Source: an uncultured Verrucomicrobiae bacterium (lineage in GTDB: Bacteria > Verrucomicrobiota > Verrucomicrobiia > Opitutales > JABDGR01). Taken from it: DNA of 64,000 bases. Below the pieces are notes generated by a model that was given only the letters and a program-made list of their open reading frames with translations, did no database searches and was not told where the DNA came from. Shown here in pieces: positions 24,401 to 35,176 of this stretch; position 1 is the stretch's first letter; each line of letters opens with the position of its first letter. The stretch covers positions 1 through 64,000 of the forward strand of contig CAVXVB010000009.1 of the NCBI GenBank assembly GCA_963765205.1, in the 5' to 3' direction. The position numbers were made by a program, and so were the translations under genes.

Positions 24401-27400
24401 TGGCAGCTTCAGCAACACCCTGGCCGGAGTGCAGTTGACCGGCGGGACCATCGCCGGGGCGTCGGGGATTCTGTCGAGCACCAGCGCCTTTGATATGGAG
24501 AACGGCACCGTCAGCGCCATCTTGGGCGGCTCGGCGGGCCTGACCAAGACCACCACCGGGTCGGTGACACTCTCCGGGGCGAACACCTACACCGGGCTGA
24601 CCACCGTGAGTGCGGGCACGCTCACGCTCAGCGGCTCCGGCACGCTCGGCGCGGCAACGGCTACCTTGACGGTGAATGGCGGCACGTTGAACCTTGGTGG
24701 AACCAGCCCGAACAACCTCGGCTTGGTCACCATTAACGGCACCATTTCAAAATGGCACGCTCACAAGCACGACGAACTACGTTGGTCAAAGCGGCACGGT
24801 GAGCGCCGTCCTCGCCGGCAGCGTCGGCTTGAACATGACGGGTCCGGGCACCTTGACGCTTAGCGGGGCTAACCTTTACACGGGCACCACGAATGTCTTG
24901 GCGGGCACCTTGGCTCTGGGCGTGAACAACAGTTTGGCGAGCGCCTCGAACCTGAGTGTTTCCGGCGGCACCTTTAACCTCAGCACCTTTAATGAAACCT
25001 TGGCGGGCGTGCAGTTGACCAACGGCATGATCACCGGCACGACGGGCATCCTGACCAGCACGAGTGCGTTTGACGTGGAGAACGGCAGCGCGAGCGCGAT
25101 CCTGGGCGGCACGGCGGGCTTGAGTAAGACGACCAGCGGCACGGTGACGCTCTCCGGCACGGACACTTACACCGGCGCGACGAGCGTATCGGTGGGCACT
25201 TTGAATGTCAGCGGGACGCTGGCGAGCACGCCGATCGCGGTGAGCAACACGGGCGTGTTGAACCTGGGGGCGAGCAATGTGCTCTCCAGCGGCGCGAACG
25301 TGACGGTGTCGGGCGGCAACTTTAACGTCGGCACCTTCAACGACACGGTGGCCGGGGTGCAATTGACGGGCGGCACGATCACCGGCACGACGGGCATCCT
25401 GACCAGCACGAGTGCGTTTGACGTGGAGAACGGCAGCGCGAGCGCGATCCTGGGCGGCACGGCGGGCTTGAGTAAGACGACCAGCGGCACGGTGACGCTC
25501 TCCGGCACGGACACTTACACCGGCGCGACGAGCGTATCGGTGGGCACTTTGAATGTCAGCGGGACGCTGGCGAGCACGCCGATCGCGGTGAGCAACACGG
25601 GCGTGTTGAACCTGGGGGCGAGCAATGTGCTCTCCAGCGGCGCGAACGTGACGGTGTCGGGCGGCAACTTTAACGTCGGCACCTTCAACGACACGGTGGC
25701 CGGGGTGCAACTGACCGGCGGCACGATTGCCGGCACGACGGGCATCCTGACCAGCACGAGCGCGTTTGACGTGGAGAACGGCAGCGCGAGCGCGATCCTG
25801 GGCGGCACGGCGGGCCTGAACAAGACGACCACCGGCACGGTGACGCTCCTGGCTCCCAATCTCTATACGGGCACAACGAATGTGTCGGCGGGCACCCTGA
25901 TTTTGGCCGTGAACAACACCCTGGCGGCCGCCTCAAACTTGAGCGTATCCGGGGGCAACTTGAGCATTGGCGGCTTCAACGACACCGTGAACCAGGTGCA
26001 ATTGCTCTCGGGCATTCTCTCCGGCACGACCGGGGTGATGATGAGCTCCAATCCCTATGACATGGAAGGCGGCACCGTCACCGCAATCCTGGGCGGCACC
26101 GTGGGCCTGAACAAGACCACCGGCGGCACGGTGACGCTGAGCGGCCTGAATACCTACTCGGGTGTGACGAGCGTCTCGGCGGGCACCTTGGCGCTCGGCG
26201 CGAATAACAGCGTGGCGGCCACCTCGAACCTGAGCGTGACCGGCGGCAACTTTAGCATCGGCAGCTTTAACGACTCCGTAAACGCGGTGTTGTTAAACGG
26301 CGGGACGATCTCCGGCACGACCGGAATCCTTACGAGCGACAATGCTTATAACATGGAAAATGGCAGTGTGAGCGCGATTCTGGGCGGCACGGCGGGTTTG
26401 AGCATGTCCGGCCCGGGCACGGTGACGCTCAGCGGCGCAAACACTTACGCCAGCTCCACGTCGGTCAGCGCCGGCACGTTGCTGATCAGCGGGTCGGGCA
26501 CCCTCGGCGCCGCGAGCAACGCCCTTAATGTTACGGGTGGCATTCTGGACTTGGGCGGCACGAATCAAATGGTTGGGACGGCCAACATCAGCGGCGGCGC
26601 CGTCAACAATGGCACGCTGAATAGCAGCAGCGCCTATAATCTGTCTGGCGGCATCGTCAACGCCATCCTGGCGGGCATGGGCGGCTTGGTGGCCAATTCG
26701 AGCGGCACGGCCACGCTGACGGCGGCCAATACTTACACTTCGTTCACCAACATCACCGGCGGCACCTTGGCGCTCACCGGCAATGGCACGCTCGGGGCCA
26801 CGACGAATGCGTTGACGGTCAACGGCACCGGCAACCTCAATATTGGAACCACGAATCAAACCGCCGGCAACGTCACGCTGACCAATGGCTCCATCACCGG
26901 CACGGGCGTGTTGACGGGCTCCTCCTACAACCTGCTCAACGGCACGGTCAGCGCGCAACTGGGCAGCGCGACCAACCTGACGCTCAATACGACTGGCACC
27001 GTCACCTTCTCGGGCAACAATGTTTACGCCGGCAATGCGACCATCCTGGCCGGCACGCTCGTCCTGGGCGTCAACGGCACCCTCGGCAACACGACCATCC
27101 TCACGCTGACCGGCGGCACGGTTAACAGCGATGGCTTCACGCAAAACATCAGCACGCTGACCTTTAATGGTGGCAACATCACCGGCGCGGGCAACATCAA
27201 CGCGGCCAGCTACCTGATCAACCTGGCCGGCAACGGCACGGTGAATACCTCGCTGGGCAACGCCGCCGGCGTCAATTCCACGCTGACCAAGAATGGCCCG
27301 GGCCTCGTGACCATCAACGGCACCAATACTTATAGCGGGGCCTCCAACCTCAACAACGGCACCCTGGCCATCACGTCCGCGAACAGCCTCGGCAATGGCG

Positions 27401-29151
27401 GCGTGGTGGACTTCAATGGCGGCACCCTCCAGTATGCCGCCGGCTTCTCCGGCAACAGCGACATCACCTCCACGCACTCCGCGGTCACCTTCCTGGCCAA
27501 CGGGGGCACGATTGACACCAACGGCAGCAACGTGACCTACGCCAACGGCTTCAATGGCACTGGTTCCTTCACCAAGATCGGCCTGGGCAACATCACCCTG
27601 GACGGTGGCAGCAGCTATGGTGGCAACACCACGATCACGGCCGGTGACTTGATCAGCGGCGTCACCAACGCCCTGCCGATCACCACCAACCTCTTCATCA
27701 ATTCGACCGCGCTGCTCAACCTGGTGGCCAGTAACCAGACCGTGGCCACCGTGAATGGCAGTGGCAACATTGCGCTGGGCACGGGCACCTTGAGCGTCAG
27801 CGGCAACGGCTCCTCGGTCTATGGCGGTGTCATCTCGGGCTCCGGCGGCCTCGTGAACGCGAATGCCTCCACGCTCACGCTGGACGCCGCGGAGACCTAC
27901 CTGGGCTCGACCAACATCACGGGTGGCACGATTGTGTATGGCCTGAGCAACGCCCTGCCGACCGGCACGAATGTTTCGATCTCCAGTGGCGCGGCGCTGA
28001 ACCTGGCTGGCTTCAATGCCACCCTCGCCTCGATTAATTCCGTGTTGGGCGCGGTCATTAACCTCGGCGCGGGCACCTTGACGGTCGCAGGTAGCGTCAA
28101 TTCGTCCATCGTGGGCGGCATCTCCGGTTCCGGCGCGCTGGTGGAGAACAGCACGAGCACGATGGTGTTGAGCGGCACGAGTAGTTACTCGGGCGGCACC
28201 ACCTTGGAAAATGGCACGATGGTCGTATCCGCCGACACCGCCTTGGGCGCCGCCGGCACGCCGGTGGTGGTGGATGGCGGCACCTTCACCTCGAACGCCA
28301 ACATCACCGTGGACCGTCCGTTCACGGGGACTGGCGGCACGTTGGCGACCACCACCAATAATTTGATCATCGGCACTCAGGTGAATAACGGCGTGGACTT
28401 CACGGGCGCTGTTTCGGTGGGGGCCAACACCACGCTGACCTTGGTGTCCAGCAATTTTGCGACGGTCGGCAACGTGACCATGGGAGCCAACTCTCAGATC
28501 GGCTCAATCAATGGCATCTCGCTGGCTGCCTCAACCGACCAACTCCAGGCCTCACCCACCGCCAATGGCACGATCCAAGGGGACTTCGAAATGAATGGCG
28601 GCGCGGTCTATGGCGCCACCACCGCGGGCAAGAGCCTGTCCATCGAAGGCATCCTGCGCGGCGGCGGCACGGTGCATGGCAATGTCAACGCCTTTGGTGA
28701 AGATCCGGGTGACCCGGCTGAACAAGTGTATTTCCCATCGAATGGCACGATGAACTTCGCGAATGTGACGCTGGACATCAACGGCACGGTGAAGGCCGGG
28801 ACCACCGCTACGCCCACTGGCTATTCGAGCATCTTGGTGAACGGCAATATCACGTTGGACAAGAACCAGGTGGGCACGCTCACGGTGGTCTTCGATACTG
28901 GATTTACTCCTGAAGCCAATGAATCGTTTGATCTTTTCGAATCCACCGACAGCAACATCACGGGAGACTTTTCCACCTTGGACTTCCCGGATCTGAGCAG
29001 TTATCCGGATGATCTGGCGTGGAATTGGGCGCCGAGCGCAGGCCTGTTGTCCATCACGGGAGTAGTGGTGCCGGAGCCGGCCGCCTACGCCTTGATCTTC
29101 GGCGCGGGCATGCTGGGTCTGATGGCGCTGCGCCGCCGCCGCAAGAAATAA
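5675..29151 (+). CDS. giant PEP-CTERM surface protein with autotransporter-associated beta-strand repeats (>=7,800 aa, N-terminus missing, apparent frameshifts)
   Basis: One continuous repeat protein across ORFs 5798-16909, 16930-17790, 17802-24863 and 24694-29151, with 1-2 base indels near 5764, 5897, 6107, 16876, 17778 and 24745. It ends VPEPAAYALIFGAGMLGLMALRRRRKK, a PEP-CTERM sorting signal. Confidence 0.9.
15900..26500 (+). repeat. tandem array of ~348-bp (~116-aa) coding repeats, about 30 units
   Basis: Recurring FNDTVAGVQLTGG.I.GTTG.LTS.SA(F/Y)DMENGTV.AIL.GT.GLNKTT.GTVTL. There is a near-exact 348-bp duplication at 25033/25381. Confidence 0.9.
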
Positions 29152-29343
29152 GCGGAGGGTGGGGGATAGTGCGCATTTTATGGGGGGGCAACTCCCCCAG
29201 TTATCTTGCACGCCCCGGCGCGGCGCGCCGGCCCGCGTAATAAAATTATAAAATGCGCCGGGGCCGGGCCAACCCGCGAAATTGAATTGCGCTCGATTTT
29301 CATTTACGTTAGTCTTTTTCTTGTGAGGATTAATTCGCCCACC

Positions 29344-31167
29344 ATGGTTTTGCTCTGCCGCCACTTTTTCACGCAGCTCCCGCTGAAAATCGCCCGCCAG
29401 TCAAGCCGTTGGTCGGCTTTTTTGCTGGCGGTTTTATGCATGTGCGCCGTTGCGGTCCGCGCCCAAACGATCTGGACGGGCGCCAGCGACACCAATTTTC
29501 TCAACGCCGCGGATTGGAGCAACGGGCTGCCCAACTCGACCACGGACGCGACGATCAACAGCACGGGCAACAACACGGTGGTGCTTTCGAGTGGCAGCGC
29601 GACCACCCAGAATCTCACGGTGGGCCTGAACGCCGGTAGCGGCGCCAGCCTGTCCATCCTGGCCGGCGGCACGCTGACCAGCAACCTGGGCTTCATCGCC
29701 ACGGCTACGAGCGGAGCCCCGAATGGCGCGGTGGATGTCACGGGCACCGGAGCCACCTGGGACATCATCAGTGCCACCGCCAATGCCCTGGTGGTCGGCG
29801 TCAACTCCACGGCCGGGTCGGCGCAGGGCACGTTGACCATTGACAACGGCGGGTTGGTCTCTGTGGCCAATTCCACGGTTTTGCTGGCCGGTTCGGGGAA
29901 CGTGGCCGGGGTGATTGCCCTCAATGGCACGGGTGGAAACAGCGGCGTGTTACTGACCTCCCAGGTCAGCGTGGGCAGCGGCTCCGGCGGCGGCGATTTG
30001 AATTTCAATGGCGGCATGGTGGAGGCGAGCGCCAGCAACGCCAATTTCCTGGACAATTTTTCCACTGGCGAAGTAAACCTCGAGGCCAACGGCGGCATCA
30101 TTAACAACAACGGTTTTAGCATCGGTATTTCCGCCAACATCGGCGGCGCGGGTGCCCTGACCGTCCAAGGCGCCGGCATCGTCACGCTCTCGGGGACCAA
30201 TACCTATGCGGGCGGCACGACTTTGGACAGCGGCACCTTGATCGTGGCCTCCGATGCGGCCCTCGGGGAGACCGGTGAGCCACTAACCATCAATGGCGGC
30301 GTTTTCACCAGCAACGCCAGTATCACCGATGACCGCCCGGTAAGCGGGACTGGCGGCCAAATTGCAGCCACCAACTTCAGTCTGATTATGGGTGTCCAGG
30401 CCACCAATGGCTTTAATTTTTCGGGATGTGTCTCCGCCGGGGCCAACAACTCACTTTCCGTGGTGTCCAATAGTCCGGCGACGGTCGGCAATGTGACCTT
30501 GGGGGCCAACGCGCAGCTCGTCTCCATTGGCCCAGGCATTGTGTTGGCTTCCGCGTCCGATCAAGTCCAGACCCCAACTAATGCCAACTCCACCATCTCG
30601 GGAAATTTTGATTTGAACGGGGGCAACATTGCCGGGCCGACCGCTTCGGTTGACACTTTGAACATCGAAGGCACACTGAGTGGCGGCGGCACGATTCATG
30701 GCAATGTTCTGGCTTTCAGCGTTGATCCGGACGGCCCGGCCACGCAAGAGTGGTTCCCCAGCAGCCCGACGGCGCATCCCACCCAGCAGTTTGAGGATGT
30801 AACTCTGAATATCGCCAGTGCCACCAGCTATGACAAGGAGATCGTTAATGGAGGCAGGATTTTATTTAATCCGAATGGCGGGGCAACCCTGACCATAAAC
30901 TTGCTGGACGGATTTACGCCCACAGCCGGAGAAACGTTTACGCTGTTTATGGCTACCGGTGGCATCCTGGCTTCGAGTGACTTTGACAACTTTGACTTCC
31001 CGGATATCAGCAATGATAATTTGGCCTGGAATTGGGTGAACACCGCCGGCACGTTGTCCGTGGTGGCCGTCGTGCCGGAGCCTTCGGCCTACGCCTTGAT
31101 TTTCGGCGCAAGCATGTTGGGAGTCCTGATATTGCGCCGCTGGACACGGGAAAAACGGGTTGCGTAA
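29344..31167 (+). CDS. PEP-CTERM protein with beta-strand repeats (paralog of the giant protein's C-terminus)
   Basis: Signal peptide ending AVRA-Q, GAVDVTGTGATW repeat, LSGTNTYAGGTTL, and C-terminal VPEPSAYALIFGASMLGVLILRR. Confidence 0.9.
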   Translation: MVLLCRHFFTQLPLKIARQSSRWSAFLLAVLCMCAVAVRAQTIWTGASDTNFLNAADWSNGLPNSTTDATINSTGNNTVVLSSGSATTQNLTVGLNAGSGASLSILAGGTLTSNLGFIATATSGAPNGAVDVTGTGATWDIISATANALVVGVNSTAGSAQGTLTIDNGGLVSVANSTVLLAGSGNVAGVIALNGTGGNSGVLLTSQVSVGSGSGGGDLNFNGGMVEASASNANFLDNFSTGEVNLEANGGIINNNGFSIGISANIGGAGALTVQGAGIVTLSGTNTYAGGTTLDSGTLIVASDAALGETGEPLTINGGVFTSNASITDDRPVSGTGGQIAATNFSLIMGVQATNGFNFSGCVSAGANNSLSVVSNSPATVGNVTLGANAQLVSIGPGIVLASASDQVQTPTNANSTISGNFDLNGGNIAGPTASVDTLNIEGTLSGGGTIHGNVLAFSVDPDGPATQEWFPSSPTAHPTQQFEDVTLNIASATSYDKEIVNGGRILFNPNGGATLTINLLDGFTPTAGETFTLFMATGGILASSDFDNFDFPDISNDNLAWNWVNTAGTLSVVAVVPEPSAYALIFGASMLGVLILRRWTREKRVA

Positions 31168-31204
31168 GTGGAAACGGCCGGTCATCGCGCCGGTGAGGTA
31201 TTGC

Positions 31205-34051
31205 TTAATTGGTGGGCGCACTGTGTTTGACCAAGGCGTCGGTGTTCGCCGCGATGCTCGCGCCGCCGTTCGCGCCAGGGAAGGATTGGCTGGCCGTCGT
31301 GACGTTCCAGCCGTCGAGGGTGACGAGGGGCTGGTTGCCGCCGAGGTCTTTTGCGTCCGCCTCGATGGTGACGGTGCGCGTCTCGCCGGGCAGCAGGGAA
31401 ATATAATTGTCGCTATATTTCACCGGCAACACGCGGGTGTTGTCATTTTGCCGGTGCAATTGCAGATGCGCCATGAGCGCGACAGTGGGCGCCGGGTTGG
31501 TGAGGGTCACGTCGAGCACGCAGCGGCCGCTGGCGTCGCGACGGATGATTTTCGCGCCGAGGGCCACGTCGGGCAGGGTGTCGAGGGCGGTGAGGTTGCC
31601 GGCGTCCACGCCGCGCCAGTAGAAATTCTCCGAGAGCAACTGGTCCCGCGCGTCGCGCAATTCGAGCTGCACAAAATGCACGGCGGAGACATCGGCGGGG
31701 AAGGCAATCGCGCCCGCGTCGGTGGCGGCGCTGCCCGCCGCGGCGGCGACCGGCGTGGTCTGGTCGTATTTGACAGAACCATCCAGATTAAACACGCGTG
31801 TGCGCACTTTCAGCCCGGCAAGAAGCTGGGGGAGTTGGTTGATGACCATCACATGAAAATCATTCTGGTTCATCTGCACATGGATTTGCTCGCAGGCTTT
31901 TTTGACGCCAAAGAACGAGCCGAAGGGTTCGAGGTCGTAGCTGTAAATCTGCCAGACGGTGCTGGGTTGGGCGGGGTTGCTCATCCAAGTCAGCACGGCG
32001 GTCGCGGGCGCAAAGAGTTTGGCGAAGCGGCCTTCATACATGGCGCGGAAGGTCTCGTAATCGGCCAGTTGGGCCTTGCGCACGAAATCCGGGAGGCTCG
32101 TCGCCGCGCCGTAACGCGCACCAATGGCGTCCAGATAAAGCGGGGAGCCGCGGCCCCGGCCTTCCTGGGCGCCACGGGTGAGGTCGTGCTCGGCCCAATC
32201 GTCGTTGTTCAGCGGCCACCAATCCTTTTCCGGCATCATGGCGTGGATGGATTCCAGCGTGGGGATGGAGACGCTGCCGAGTTCAGTCTTGAATGGCTCC
32301 AACGCGCTATCGCGCCCGCTGCCGGAATAGAACAACTCAGGCGCACGCCAGGAATACGGGCCGCCGGAGCGCACGCCCGCGCCGTCATTCGAGTTTGGGT
32401 GATAGAGCCGGTTGGGGTCGAGTTCCTTGAACATGGCGGCGAGGCCGTCGGCCAACTCCGGCGGCGACGGGTCGCCCTCGTTGCGCCCGCACCACAGCGC
32501 GATGGACGGGTGGTTGCGGTAGCGCAGGACTTTTTCGCGCGCATTGGCGAGGTAGAGCGGGATGTCGTGGATGTCCTGGCTGCCGTCATTCGGGTTGGTG
32601 CGCCCGCTGTCGCTCGGGTTGGGTTGGAAAAATTCGTCCCACAACATGATACCGTATTTGTCGCACAGGTCGTAGAAGTCCTCGCTCGTGCTCTGGCCGA
32701 CCCAGTTGCGGATCATGGTGTAGTTGGCTTCCTGGTGGTAGCGGATTTGCGCCTCGAGCCGGTCGCGCGGCTCGCGCTTCATCGCCTCGTCCATGCCCCA
32801 GTCGCCACCCTTGGCAAACACGGGCACGCCGTTGACGGAGAGCGCCAGATTGTCCGACCCCGGCAGCGCATAAGAAATCTGGCGGATGCCAACGTTGAGG
32901 TCGCGCGCGTCCGACGGCGCGCCACCGAGGTCGAAACTCAAATGCAAGGGATACAAATAGGGGTCGCCGTAACCGTTCGGCCACCACAGGTGCGGATTTT
33001 GCAAATGCAGCGCTGGCGTGTTTTCCGGCGAGAGTTTGACGGTCTGCGTCTCTCTGGGCTGGAGCGTGAGCGGCGCGGTCTGGAAGGCGATGTCGCCCAA
33101 CTGGCCGTGCAGCACGCCGGTCTGCGGCGCGTTGGAGACATTTTGCACGGTGGCCTCAATGAATACATCGGCCGAGTCCGTGCGCGGCAGCGGCAGGCGC
33201 GAATACACATAGGGGTCTTGCAGCACGACGGGGCCGGAGGCGGTGAGCGTGACATTTTGCCAGATGCCCGTGTCGCGGTCGCGGATGACGGGAATCCAGT
33301 CCCAGCCCTGCGTGCAAATGAAAGTCGGGCCGTCTTTGGAGAGGATGCCGCCATTGCCGCCAGTGCCGGCCTGTACGGTTTTTTCCGCATGGTCGCTAGG
33401 GTCGGGCGGCGGATTGATTTTCACCGCGAGGGTGGCCATGGCGCCGGGTTTAACCAGCGCGGTCACGTTGAAAGTCCCGCGCGCAAACGCGCCCTTGATC
33501 TCGCCGGCCTTATGCCCGTTGACCCAGACTTCCGCCGTGTAATTGATGCCCGCGAAATTCAGCCAAATCTGCCGGCCCGTAAATTCGCGTGGCACCGCAA
33601 ATTGGGTGCGATACCAATAGGCCATGCGCGAGAGGTATTCCGGGATTTTGTCCGGCCGGTTGTTTTCACCGTAAAGCGGCTCGGGGTAAACACCGTCGTT
33701 GACCAGGCTGGTTAGCACCGTGCCAGGCACCGTGGCCTTATACCATTGGGTCGGCTCGTAGAAAGGGGAGGATATGATCTGGCCTCGATCCTCCGGCCTG
33801 ATGCCCACGTCCACTACTGTGTCGGAGTGGCTTGCCATGACGCCCGCCCCCGGCTGCTCGACGCGCGGCGCGTCCAGCAATTGCCAGCCAGTGGAAAGGC
33901 TGATGGAGCCTTGGGCAAAATTGACCGAGGGTGGAGCGGAGCTGAGGGAGGGGCCTTGGTTGACTGCGCAGCCGCTGAACAGCAGCAGGCCGAGCGCGCC
34001 AACCGCGGTGAAAACGAGGCGATGAAGACCGGGATATTGGGGGGGGATCAT
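31205..34051 (-). CDS. glycoside hydrolase family 2 lipoprotein (beta-mannosidase/exo-beta-glucosaminidase-like)
   Basis: Lipobox LFSGC; ATVPGTVLTSLV, FAGINYTAEVWVNG, GWDWIP, WWPNGYG, RYRNHPSIALWCGRNE (acid/base) and FKTELG (nucleophile). Confidence 0.85.
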   Translation of the reverse strand: MIPPQYPGLHRLVFTAVGALGLLLFSGCAVNQGPSLSSAPPSVNFAQGSISLSTGWQLLDAPRVEQPGAGVMASHSDTVVDVGIRPEDRGQIISSPFYEPTQWYKATVPGTVLTSLVNDGVYPEPLYGENNRPDKIPEYLSRMAYWYRTQFAVPREFTGRQIWLNFAGINYTAEVWVNGHKAGEIKGAFARGTFNVTALVKPGAMATLAVKINPPPDPSDHAEKTVQAGTGGNGGILSKDGPTFICTQGWDWIPVIRDRDTGIWQNVTLTASGPVVLQDPYVYSRLPLPRTDSADVFIEATVQNVSNAPQTGVLHGQLGDIAFQTAPLTLQPRETQTVKLSPENTPALHLQNPHLWWPNGYGDPYLYPLHLSFDLGGAPSDARDLNVGIRQISYALPGSDNLALSVNGVPVFAKGGDWGMDEAMKREPRDRLEAQIRYHQEANYTMIRNWVGQSTSEDFYDLCDKYGIMLWDEFFQPNPSDSGRTNPNDGSQDIHDIPLYLANAREKVLRYRNHPSIALWCGRNEGDPSPPELADGLAAMFKELDPNRLYHPNSNDGAGVRSGGPYSWRAPELFYSGSGRDSALEPFKTELGSVSIPTLESIHAMMPEKDWWPLNNDDWAEHDLTRGAQEGRGRGSPLYLDAIGARYGAATSLPDFVRKAQLADYETFRAMYEGRFAKLFAPATAVLTWMSNPAQPSTVWQIYSYDLEPFGSFFGVKKACEQIHVQMNQNDFHVMVINQLPQLLAGLKVRTRVFNLDGSVKYDQTTPVAAAAGSAATDAGAIAFPADVSAVHFVQLELRDARDQLLSENFYWRGVDAGNLTALDTLPDVALGAKIIRRDASGRCVLDVTLTNPAPTVALMAHLQLHRQNDNTRVLPVKYSDNYISLLPGETRTVTIEADAKDLGGNQPLVTLDGWNVTTASQSFPGANGGASIAANTDALVKHSAPTN

Positions 34052-34142
34052 GGAGGGTGGTAACAGGCATTTAAGATGCAAGATTCGTCCTTCGAGAGCC
34101 AAGCCATAACGCTTGGATTGATTCCGAAAAATATTCAATTCA

Positions 34143-35070
34143 TTAATCCAAGGGAATTGCCTTGGAGGGCGTGGGCTGCCCAACGCAGGCACGAGTCATT
34201 AATTGTACTAGAGGTGCGGCGCGCAGGCCCTCCTCCAGCTGCTCGGTCAAAATGGGGATCAATCCAGGATGCGAGCCGAGAGGCTCGGTGAGGGCGATTT
34301 TCAGAGTGGAGTGGCGCGATTGGGCGGCGCGGCAAATTTGTTCGACATCGCCGCCGGGGCCGGCGTGGCGGCCGGGCAGCAAAAACAACCGCGCCACTAT
34401 CACTTCTCCCGACAAAAAATCATGGGTATCGAGGAGCGCGTTAAGCAACGGTTCGTTGAACGCAAATTCCGGGCCGGGCCGCCGCTCCATCGAGCAAGCT
34501 GCGACTGTGCGCGCGAAGTCGCCGAGCAGTTCACGCAGTTGCGCCGCGACCAATTCGCGCACGGCGTGGACCGCGTGTTGCGCCGTGCCGTGGTCCACCA
34601 CCGCGACCGCGGGTTTGGGGAAATTATTTTCCGCTGCTGCGGCGCGCACACGATCCGCAAGCAGCCCAGCTACGCGCTGGTCGCCGGGTTGCGCGGCGTC
34701 CACCAGGCAGGGGGCGAGGCGCACGCGCAAGCCGGGCCAGGACTGGCGCAAGTGGCGCACGCGTTCGGGCACATAATTGAGCAAGGCGGCGCTGGGGCCG
34801 ATAAACAGAGGCAGGATCACCACGTTGAATTGTCTGGCTCTGGCCAGTGCGCGCAACGCCGGTTCCAATATTTCCGCGGGCATTCCGCCGAGCAACGCGG
34901 GGGCGATGGCGCTGGAATGGAGCAGTGAAACCGGCCGCACCACACGCCCGGTTGCCTTGGCACACTGCGCGGCCAGCGTGCGCAAGGCAAGCGTCGCCGC
35001 CGGCCTCGAGCGAGCCATTGTCCAGGAGCAGCACGACGGGCGGCGGGATGGTGGACGGCAGGTGAGACAT
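34143..35070 (-). CDS. CbiX/SirB-like sirohydrochlorin chelatase (one frameshift near 35004)
   Basis: LLDNGSL(E)PAAT, VSLLHS, PLFIGPS, VVDHGT, SMERR, FLLPGRHAGPGGD and EPLGSHP motifs; two-domain CbiX layout. Confidence 0.75.
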
Positions 35071-35176
35071 GATTAGGCTTGGCCCGGCGGGTGCTGTGGC
35101 ATAATAATTGCGTGAAATTACTTGCGCGGCCCCGCCTTTTGAGGCTACTTAACCTCTTTATAAACACACTTTTCCC

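Noticed and set aside
16860..24780. Splitting the giant gene into four genes, or invoking programmed frameshifting
   Set aside because: The breaks are single-base indels in mid-repeat, without new signal peptides or slippery-site patterns, and are most simply sequencing errors.
6238..28817. Dozens of minus-strand ORFs (e.g. 20571-23447, 13796-15403)
   Set aside because: They are antisense shadows of the repetitive, codon-biased plus-strand gene.
29152..29343. GC-rich inverted repeats between the two PEP-CTERM genes as a terminator or riboswitch
   Set aside because: No clear stem plus U-tract and no recognisable riboswitch consensus.
31160..33715. 851-aa plus-strand ORF
   Set aside because: Antisense shadow of the GH2 gene with no recognisable motifs.
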